Shown in pieces: positions 8,469-15,972 of a DNA stretch of 32,000 nt. The DNA lies in assembly GCF_035285525.1 (NCBI RefSeq), contig NZ_JAYKGW010000119.1, positions 1-32,000 of the forward strand, written 5' to 3'. Source of the DNA: Okeania sp. Its GTDB lineage: Bacteria; Cyanobacteriota; Cyanobacteriia; Cyanobacteriales; Microcoleaceae. Under the pieces are notes generated by a model. The model was not told where the DNA came from. It did not search any database and worked only from the letters and a program-made list of their open reading frames with translations. The position numbers and the translations under genes are program-made. How positions within the stretch are numbered: position 1 is the first letter of the stretch; each line of letters begins with the position of its first letter.

Positions 8469-10850
8469 ATGCAGATAAACGAAGAATCTCAAAAAACGAA
8501 TGCTGAAGAGTATTTGCAGGCTGCTAATCAATTAAAGCAAGAAGGTAAGTTAGACAGAGCAATTAATGTTTATTGTCTAGCTGGAGATGCTTTTATTCAG
8601 GCAAATCAAATATCATATGCAATTAGTGCTTATAAAAGAGTTCTTGTAATTAACCCTAATTATGCTCGAATTTACATGAAAGTTGCCTATAGTTACTATT
8701 TAAAAAAACAAGTAAACCTAGCAATTAAAAACTATATAGCAGCTCTTCATCTCGACCCAGGTTTAGTTCCTGCTTTAAACCAGCTAGCGAATATTTATAG
8801 AAGTAATAAAAGAGTCAAACAAGGTGTTTTTAAGTTTCAAAGGCTAGTCGAACAACAACCTAATAATGGTGCTTTTCAGGCAATTCTAGGTACTTTTATG
8901 AAAGAGGTAGGGAACGATAAAGAAGCAATATTAGCATATCAGCAAGCAATTAGTAATCAACCAAATTTACCAGTTTACAATTCTTTGACAAGTATTCTTA
9001 AACAGAGTAATCAAATGAATGAAGCTACTGTAGCTTATCAAAAATTAGTTGAAACTCAACCAAAAAATGGCCTAGCCTATGTGGAGTTAGCAGAGTGCTT
9101 TAATCAACAGGGTAATATAAAGAGTGCAGTTAATATTTGTCAGCAATTTATTGACTCAAACTTTTTTGATAATAATAAGCAAAAAATAAATGTTGAACTA
9201 TCGAATTTGAATCAACTAGAAAAGCTTATAATAACAATAGCAACAACCAAGATTGAAAACCTTTTATTCATAAATATAATGCGATTTGTGTTATCTTTGA
9301 AGGAAAATAAAGCTTTTTCCTGGGATTTAAGGTTGTTTATTGCTGAAGAAATTGTGCAAGACGATGGAATACTTTTTGACAAAAAGTTTTGTTTGCTAGC
9401 TGTGCTTTCTTGTTTTAATTCGGTTCTGGAAAATGCTTTTAAGTGTTGGTTGCAAGATTTTAGTAAGCATTCTTCTATAGATCAAAATATTGTTGTATTT
9501 GCAGCATTAAATCCATCGAATTTTTTGTCAGTTCGTCGCCTAGAATTTAAAAATATTCTCTCGCCAAAAATTCGCCAGTTTTTAGTAGAAAATATAAACA
9601 ATGATATTACTAAAAAGCTAACATATATATTTAATAATGACCTAAATACTGAAAGCTATAAAATTTTGAATAGTCAAAACAGTGAGTTTAATAACTTTCT
9701 TTTTGTTTTTTCTTTTTTAGACTTTTATAAAACTTCATCTCATTTGAAAACAGTTATAGATTATGCTTATTTTTTAACGAAAGAAATGCCTTTTTCCAAA
9801 GTTAACATTTTGGTTACTGATGAATTTTCATTTAGTAATTGCATGATTGACTCACCTAAGCGTATCTTGAAAGACAAAGACCGCACTCAGTTTTATGAAA
9901 TTTTACACAGCTTTTATCAAGATGCTTCTAAAGATAGAATTAAATTTATTATTCCAGAAGTAGCTTTATCACCTAGTAGTTTAGGTTCAGATTATACACT
10001 TCATATTCTCAGGAAGCTAATTTCTTGTATGCCAGACATAGTTATTTTTTTTGGAGGAGTTTTTGGCTCTCTAATTTTACCAGAGGTTGTTTACAAATAC
10101 TATCCAACAATTTATGCACAGTTTAATACAGGAAATAATACAAAACATAGTTTTGATATATATATATCATGTAATCCTAGAGAGGTCAGTAATCAATTTG
10201 CCAATAGAATTAATTCGGATCGGTGGAGGTTTCACGAATACATTTATGCACCTTTTCCTTCTGAAGATAAGCATAGTATGGAAATGGTAAAGTCATCACC
10301 TGAATCTATTACAGTTGTTACAGTTGGTTTCAATTTGAATGGCAGAATAAGCGATCCTGAATACTTGGATTGTTTAGTTAATCTTTTGGAACTTTATCCT
10401 CAACTAGAATGGTATTTGATTGGGGTAAACAACGAAGAAGAGTTTTTGTCTAGAAATGTTAAGCTTCCATCTCTTTATACTCTTGGCAGACTGAAGTTAG
10501 TAAAATTCGAGGAAGATTTGTTATCATTTTATAGGTTCTGTGACATTTATACTTATCCAGCACATAGTGGAGGAGGGCGAGGGACTTTCCTTGCTGCTAC
10601 CCAAGGACTACCAATTCTTTGCTTTAAAAATAATGATGCAGAAGGTTTTTTACCTACAGAATGTATCTTTAATAATAATGATGATTATTTTTCCTTTCTT
10701 GAGAAGTTAATTAGTAATCCATCTTTAAGAATTTCTCTGGGCAAAAAAAACCAGGAAAGGGTATCTGAAAATAGAACTCAAAAGTCACTAAAGGAGTTTC
10801 TTGGTTTTTGCCAAGAAGCTAGATTAAACTTTATGAAAAGGATAGGTTGA
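8469..10850 (+). CDS. TPR-repeat protein with an unassigned central region and a GT-B/GT41-like C-terminal half (793 aa)
   Basis: The N-terminal ~230 aa are TPR units. The C-terminus ITVVTVGFNLNGRISDPEYLDCLVNLLELYPQLEWYLIG...FCDIYTYPAHSGGGRGTFLAATQGLPILCF follows the pattern of O-GlcNAc-transferase-like (SPINDLY/GT41) C-terminal lobes, as recalled from memory. The region from aa ~240 to ~560 has no motif I recognise. Confidence 0.45.
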   Translation: MQINEESQKTNAEEYLQAANQLKQEGKLDRAINVYCLAGDAFIQANQISYAISAYKRVLVINPNYARIYMKVAYSYYLKKQVNLAIKNYIAALHLDPGLVPALNQLANIYRSNKRVKQGVFKFQRLVEQQPNNGAFQAILGTFMKEVGNDKEAILAYQQAISNQPNLPVYNSLTSILKQSNQMNEATVAYQKLVETQPKNGLAYVELAECFNQQGNIKSAVNICQQFIDSNFFDNNKQKINVELSNLNQLEKLIITIATTKIENLLFINIMRFVLSLKENKAFSWDLRLFIAEEIVQDDGILFDKKFCLLAVLSCFNSVLENAFKCWLQDFSKHSSIDQNIVVFAALNPSNFLSVRRLEFKNILSPKIRQFLVENINNDITKKLTYIFNNDLNTESYKILNSQNSEFNNFLFVFSFLDFYKTSSHLKTVIDYAYFLTKEMPFSKVNILVTDEFSFSNCMIDSPKRILKDKDRTQFYEILHSFYQDASKDRIKFIIPEVALSPSSLGSDYTLHILRKLISCMPDIVIFFGGVFGSLILPEVVYKYYPTIYAQFNTGNNTKHSFDIYISCNPREVSNQFANRINSDRWRFHEYIYAPFPSEDKHSMEMVKSSPESITVVTVGFNLNGRISDPEYLDCLVNLLELYPQLEWYLIGVNNEEEFLSRNVKLPSLYTLGRLKLVKFEEDLLSFYRFCDIYTYPAHSGGGRGTFLAATQGLPILCFKNNDAEGFLPTECIFNNNDDYFSFLEKLISNPSLRISLGKKNQERVSENRTQKSLKEFLGFCQEARLNFMKRIG

Positions 10851-11029
10851 TGTATCTGTTGAGGAAATAAAATTTCAGCAAAATTAACGTTAAATGTTAA
10901 CCTCAAAAAATTCTTGAAATAACAGTTTCAATAATAGAGATATAAAAATAGTTTTGATCCCATTGTTCAGATAATTAAGCAAGTTATTATATTACCAAAA
11001 TTGAAAATTTTTTTCATAAGTAGTTACAA

Positions 11030-12166
11030 ATGTCTAACTTAATTCCCTATAATAAACCTTATATGACTGGCAAAGAGCTATGGTATGTCAGCCAAGCTCA
11101 TCATTCAGGACAACTTGCAGGTGATGGTAAGTTTACTGAACGCTGTCGTTTGTGGCTAGAACAAACCATTGGTTGTAAGAAAGCTTTAATGACACATTCT
11201 TGTACTGCTGCTCTGGAAATGGCGGCCATTCTGCTTAATGCTCAACCTGGTGATGAAGTCATTATGCCATCTTATACCTTTGTTTCTACTGCAAATGCTT
11301 TTGTATTACAAGATTTAGTACCAGTTTTTGTGGATATTAGAGAAGACACCCTCAACCTAGATGAATCTCTAGTCGAAAAAGCCATCACTGACAAAACTCG
11401 CGCTATTGTCCCTGTACACTATGCTGGTATTGGCTGCGAAATGGATGCTTTAGTTAAAATTGCCAGCGCTCATAATCTAATGTTGATAGAAGATGCTGCT
11501 CAAGGAATTTTTTCTTCTTACCAAGGGAAGCCTCTAGGTAGTTTTGGTGGATTGGCAACCCTCAGTTTTCATGAGACAAAAAATGTTATTTCTGGTGAAG
11601 GTGGGGCTTTACTGATTAATGATGAAAGATTAATTGAACGTGCTGAAATTATTAGGGAAAAAGGAACAAATCGCAGTAAGTTCTTTCGAGGTCAAGTCGA
11701 TAAATACACTTGGGTAGATGTTGGCTCTTCCTATTTATGTGGCGAACTTATCTGTGCATTTTTGTACGCACAGTTAGAGGAGTCGAAAAAAATTACAGAA
11801 GAACGCCTGAAGATATGGAAAACTTACCATTCTGCATTTGAGTCTCTAGAATCAGAAGGAAAGTTGAGGCGTCCAACTGTTCCCAATAATTGCTCTAATA
11901 ATGGCCATATTTATTACCTGATTCTTAATTCTCTTGAAGAAAGAACAAAATTCATCAAGTTCTTATCTGAGCGCAATATCAAAGCTGTTTTTCATTATGT
12001 GCCACTCCATAACTCACCTGCGGGAAAGAAGTATACTAGAACTTATGGCAATTTGTCTAAGACTGAGCATCTTTCTGAGTGTCTGGTTAGGTTACCGATG
12101 TGGATGGGGCTAGAGTCTCAACCTGTAATCGAAGCCGTGTATAATTTTTTTGAAAAAAATGTCTGA
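11030..12166 (+). CDS. wecE: dTDP-4-keto-6-deoxyhexose 4-aminotransferase, WecE/RffA type (DegT/DnrJ/EryC1 family)
   Basis: It is nearly collinear with E. coli WecE as I recall it: IPYNKPYMTGKELWYV, GDGKFTERCRLWLEQ, GDEVIMPSYTFVSTANAF, VPVHYAG, SFHETKN (PLP lysine), AEIIREKGTNRSKFFRGQVDKYTWVDVGSSYL, VFHYVPLH. Confidence 0.9.
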   Translation: MSNLIPYNKPYMTGKELWYVSQAHHSGQLAGDGKFTERCRLWLEQTIGCKKALMTHSCTAALEMAAILLNAQPGDEVIMPSYTFVSTANAFVLQDLVPVFVDIREDTLNLDESLVEKAITDKTRAIVPVHYAGIGCEMDALVKIASAHNLMLIEDAAQGIFSSYQGKPLGSFGGLATLSFHETKNVISGEGGALLINDERLIERAEIIREKGTNRSKFFRGQVDKYTWVDVGSSYLCGELICAFLYAQLEESKKITEERLKIWKTYHSAFESLESEGKLRRPTVPNNCSNNGHIYYLILNSLEERTKFIKFLSERNIKAVFHYVPLHNSPAGKKYTRTYGNLSKTEHLSECLVRLPMWMGLESQPVIEAVYNFFEKNV

Positions 12167-12217
12167 GTTTAAGAACAAAGGCAATAAAACTTCTAGCTGT
12201 TTAAGGAGAGTATATTA

Positions 12218-12787
12218 ATGGCTTTTATCCCGCAAGCACAACTGGCCAATTTGGGGTTTAAAAAACTTGGTAAAAATGTTCTAATTAGCGATAAAGCTTC
12301 AATTTACAATTGCGACCAAATTGAGATTGGAGATAATTCGCGTATAGATGATTTTTGTGTTGTGTCAGGAAAGGTAAGTATTGGTCGCAATGTTCATATT
12401 GCTGTTTTCTGCAATGTAGCAGGTGGTACGGAAGGTATTGTGTTAGAAGATTTTTCTGGTCTTGCCTACGGTTGTCATGTCTTTACTCAAAGCGATGATT
12501 ATAGTGGTAGAACTTTAACTAACCCTACTGTACCGACGAAATTTAAAAATGAAGCAAAAAAGTCTGTGCGCGTTGGTCGCCATGCTATTGTAGGTACTAG
12601 CTCCCTCATTTTTCCCGGTGTTACTTTAGCAGAGGGAACTTCAGTTGGCGCCATCTCTTTGGTAACTAAATCTACTCAACCTTGGTCAATTTATTTTGGC
12701 ATTCCAGCTAAACGAATAAAAGCCCGTAGCCAAGATCTTTTAGAGTTAGAAAAGCAATATTTAGCAGAAGAAAATCAAGATAATTGA
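12218..12787 (+). CDS. left-handed beta-helix (hexapeptide-repeat) sugar acetyltransferase (189 aa)
   Basis: Hexapeptide periodicity is visible (IGDNSRIDDFCVVSGKVSIGRNVHIAVFCNV, VGRHAIVGTSSLIFPGVTLAEGTSVGAISLV). It sits directly after the aminotransferase, which is the expected position for the N-acetylating step of a 4-amino-4,6-dideoxyhexose. Confidence 0.75.
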   Translation: MAFIPQAQLANLGFKKLGKNVLISDKASIYNCDQIEIGDNSRIDDFCVVSGKVSIGRNVHIAVFCNVAGGTEGIVLEDFSGLAYGCHVFTQSDDYSGRTLTNPTVPTKFKNEAKKSVRVGRHAIVGTSSLIFPGVTLAEGTSVGAISLVTKSTQPWSIYFGIPAKRIKARSQDLLELEKQYLAEENQDN

Positions 12788-12829
12788 TTTTGGCTTTCAA
12801 CTACACATTTTTCAGATTTAGAGTTTTTT

Positions 12830-14614
12830 TTAAGAAATCAAAATACTTCTTACTGCTAAAGCGAGAGGTCTTTGATCTATATTTTCCGAACTTTGGCTAG
12901 AATAATCAGGCATATCAAAGACAAAATTGAACTTGGTTTCCCCTGATATTAAATCAAGAGGAAGTTTAAGTTTTTTAGTCAGGAAATCATTTCCAGAAAA
13001 AAGTAATTCCCCAAGTTTTTTGTCGTTTAATTTGACATTTATAACAGTTTCGGTGTTATTATCTGGCAATTTAGCCTTTGCATTGATACTTAAAGTTAAT
13101 TTTCGTTCTACCTGATTTTTTAAACTTAAACTTAACTTAGCTTGTGGCCTTAACGCCCAACAACCCCATTCTTCAGGGTAAGACCAACCTGAAACCAAAT
13201 AAGGTTTTGCATTACCGCCCTTTGCTAAGTTTAATTCATTACCGATGTTGTATATGGATAGTCTTTTATTGTGGAGTAAAGAATCAGGATTTAATAAATC
13301 ATCATTTCTATCTAAATAGAAAGAATCTAAAAAAATATCTTTAATATTATTAAAATTATTTGAGCATATTGCAATAAAGTAAACTGGTTCATAGAGAGGT
13401 AAAAATTGCTTTGAAATCAACTGACTATCACCTGAATAACAATTCAAATTTTTAAGATTAGATTCATCTAGTGAGTATAGAAAAGAGCTAATAGCCATTC
13501 TTTGTCCATAAATTTTAGTATGACTAAAATATTTATTCAGTAATTCAGTAAATTCCTCCTGATACAATTCTTTTATATGAAAAGGATTACAATAATTAGG
13601 CAAATCTGAATAAACGAAACGGTTTGGGGAAGAAATAATTAATACTCCATCATTTTTCAGAACTCTCTTAATTTCTGTCATCATTTCTTCATGTTTATCA
13701 TGATGCTCTATTGTCTCAAATGAAACAACAATATCTATAGATTCACTAGGTAAAGGAATTGAATCACATCCACCAACTAAAAACTTTAAATTAGATTTAT
13801 CTTGATACTTTTTTTTTGCAAATTCTATAGATGATATATCAATATCAACACCAACTACGGAACTTGCCGTTTGGGACAACATAGCTGAACCGTAACCTTC
13901 TCCAGAGGCTATATCTAAAACAGACTTGCCACGCACTATTTCTAGACACAACCCATACCTATGTAAATGTTCGTAGCTAATTTGACCTTGAATATTAGGC
14001 ACATATCTTTCCCCGGTAAATTCCATCTCAGGACTATCTTTGAGAGGTGAAATGATGTGACTCGCTTTTTGATTTTGACTTGGTAGTTGTGGATTGAGAG
14101 CGATCGCTTTCTCGTAGTATTCTCTAGCTACAGATAACTTGTCTTGTTTCGACAAAACTTGGCTTAAATTATAATAACCCCAACAAGAATCAGGTTTTAA
14201 TTCTATTGCTTTCTGGAAAAAGTCAATAGCTTCATCATATTTTTCTTTTCCAATCAAAGCTAAACCAAGACTGTTATAATACTTATGGAAATCTGGCTGA
14301 ATTTTTACTGCACGTTCCAAATAATTAATAGCTTCATCAAATAACTTTTGTTTAACTAAAACTTCTCCCAGGTAAGCTTGGGAAACTACAGAATCTGGCT
14401 TCAGTTCAAGAGCTTTTTTTAACTCTAAGGTAGCTTCATCAAGTAACCCTTTTTTCACTAAAGCATCCCCTAGATTTTGATGCAAGATGAATGAATTAGG
14501 ATTTAGCTTTATAGCATTGCGGTAGTTAGCGATCGCCTCATCCAACCTCCCTTGTCTCTTCAACTTATTAGCCTGCTTCAACAACTGGCCAGCACTCATA
14601 CTCTGATTACCCAT
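12830..14614 (-). CDS. TPR-repeat / class I SAM methyltransferase / C-terminal beta-rich domain protein (594 aa)
   Basis: The N-terminal ~180 aa are TPR units. Motif I is VLDIASGEGYGS, followed by DIVVSFETIEH and GVLIISSPN. The C-terminal ~160 aa carry GWSYPEEWGCW, a motif type I recall from polysaccharide-biosynthesis proteins (domain unnamed). The gene is convergent with the acetyltransferase. Confidence 0.75.
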   Translation of the reverse strand: MGNQSMSAGQLLKQANKLKRQGRLDEAIANYRNAIKLNPNSFILHQNLGDALVKKGLLDEATLELKKALELKPDSVVSQAYLGEVLVKQKLFDEAINYLERAVKIQPDFHKYYNSLGLALIGKEKYDEAIDFFQKAIELKPDSCWGYYNLSQVLSKQDKLSVAREYYEKAIALNPQLPSQNQKASHIISPLKDSPEMEFTGERYVPNIQGQISYEHLHRYGLCLEIVRGKSVLDIASGEGYGSAMLSQTASSVVGVDIDISSIEFAKKKYQDKSNLKFLVGGCDSIPLPSESIDIVVSFETIEHHDKHEEMMTEIKRVLKNDGVLIISSPNRFVYSDLPNYCNPFHIKELYQEEFTELLNKYFSHTKIYGQRMAISSFLYSLDESNLKNLNCYSGDSQLISKQFLPLYEPVYFIAICSNNFNNIKDIFLDSFYLDRNDDLLNPDSLLHNKRLSIYNIGNELNLAKGGNAKPYLVSGWSYPEEWGCWALRPQAKLSLSLKNQVERKLTLSINAKAKLPDNNTETVINVKLNDKKLGELLFSGNDFLTKKLKLPLDLISGETKFNFVFDMPDYSSQSSENIDQRPLALAVRSILIS

Positions 14615-14650
14615 AGAAACTCAAATATCAATCTATTCAAAAGTTTAATT

Positions 14651-14870
14651 CTACTCTAAAAATGCCCCTTTCATCTCACCAAAAAAAACTCGCTGACTAT
14701 TTTTAAACTCATCCCTTGGTTCCTCAATAACCTCAATAAACTGAGAATTTTCACTTCAATCAAAAGATTCCAAATCAATAATCTTGCACCGAGACAACAG
14801 CAGCAATACCTCGACCATTTAAAGTTAAAATAACCGTTTTTTCACTAAAATATTCTACATAATCTGCCAA
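14651..14870 (-). pseudogene. Phd/YefM-family antitoxin remnant (frameshift and internal stops, N-terminus displaced by a palindromic repeat)
   Basis: The minus strand reads LADYVEYFSEKTVILTLNGRGIAAVVSVQDY*, the YefM core (V.IT.NG.P.AVL.S.EDY). It continues after a frameshift as IDLESFD* and SENSQFIEVIEEPRDEFKNSQRVFFGEMKGAFLE*. The palindrome TAGAAACCCGGTTTCTA (14884-14900) lies where the N-terminus should be. No toxin partner follows. Confidence 0.5.
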
Positions 14871-15226
14871 TATTATGTAGGCTTAGAAACCCGGTTTCTA
14901 GATAGTTCTTAGTCGATTGTATTTTTGAAGGAGGACTATGCTTTAGCAAAGTTGGAAAACTGGCTAGTTAATAATGGATAATTGATAATGAAATAGTTTT
15001 TTAAAGCGCTTTTAAAATTGATTAAACCCATTGCCATAACCAAAATTTTGTAGAGACTTTTTCAGCTAAGAAATGAAACGCATTTTTGTTATACAACGTC
15101 CCTACTATGGTCTATAGTTCAGGAAAACTGCTGTAAATTTCAGGAAAAGTTAATTGGAGAGAAGAATAGACAAATTAGTTTAACTAGAAATAAATATATA
15201 TTCTTTCCAAATTTTTCCTAACCTTT

Positions 15227-15251
15227 CTGCCTTCTGCCTCCTGCCTTCTGC
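15227..15251. repeat. STRR heptamer array (CTGCCTT/CTGCCTC x3.5)
   Basis: Directly visible, just 3' of the yajQ-like gene. Confidence 0.85.
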
Positions 15252-15259
15252 ATTTCCGC

Positions 15260-15751
15260 TCAACGATAATTAGTAAATTGCAATGGCATGGGAAAATCTT
15301 CTGCTTTTAACCTTTGGATTACTTGTTGTAATTCATCTTTAGATTTAGCAGTAACTCTCACTGCATCACCTTGAATAGATGCTTGAATTTTTTTAAATTC
15401 TTCTTTAATCAATTTAGTAATTTTTTTGGCATTTTCTTGACTAATACCTTTTTGTAATTTAACTTCTTGTCTAACTCTACCACCACTAGCAGATTCGACT
15501 TTACCAAAATCAAATATTTTTAATGATAAATTTCTTTTAGCTGCTTTAGTTTGTAAAACGGTATGAACTGCATCTAAACTAAATTGACTACTTGTATTTA
15601 TGGTAATTGTATCTGCCCCTAATTCTAATGTTGTGTTAGAATCTTTTAAGTCATAGCGAGCTTTAATTTCTCTTTCTGCTTGATCTATTGCATTAATTAA
15701 TTCTTGTCTATCAAAGTCGCTGACTATATCAAATGATGATGTAGATGCCAT
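15260..15751 (-). CDS. yajQ: YajQ-family (UPF0234) nucleotide-binding protein (163 aa)
   Basis: [32 protein letters not shown], the ~160 aa length, and the C-terminal PLQFTNYR match the YajQ family pattern. Confidence 0.85.
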   Translation of the reverse strand: MASTSSFDIVSDFDRQELINAIDQAEREIKARYDLKDSNTTLELGADTITINTSSQFSLDAVHTVLQTKAAKRNLSLKIFDFGKVESASGGRVRQEVKLQKGISQENAKKITKLIKEEFKKIQASIQGDAVRVTAKSKDELQQVIQRLKAEDFPMPLQFTNYR

Positions 15752-15972
15752 AATTTTTTTTCAGATATTATTCTAGTTTTACTTAGGGTTGGCGCTGAAA
15801 AGTCTGATGGTAAAGTTAGGGATTAGGGAGTAGTTGAAGTTCAGGATAAATAAGAATTATAGAGGAGTTAATTGTAATAATTGCCTCTTAATTTTTCTAC
15901 TCTTGTGTGAGCCTTCTGATGCTAACTTTTTCAACCTTTTTGTTGATGGAAAAGCTGACACTTTTTCCAGAC

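Noticed and set aside
5436-13344. Short internal or antisense ORFs within the island genes (5436..5708, 6658..6984, 7122..7331, 10087..10290, 12927..13115, 13144..13344) and 23010..23216 inside the GT2 gene
   Set aside because: All are embedded in longer ORFs that have clear domain signatures. The AT-rich sequence produces I/L/F/K/N-rich translations with no motifs.
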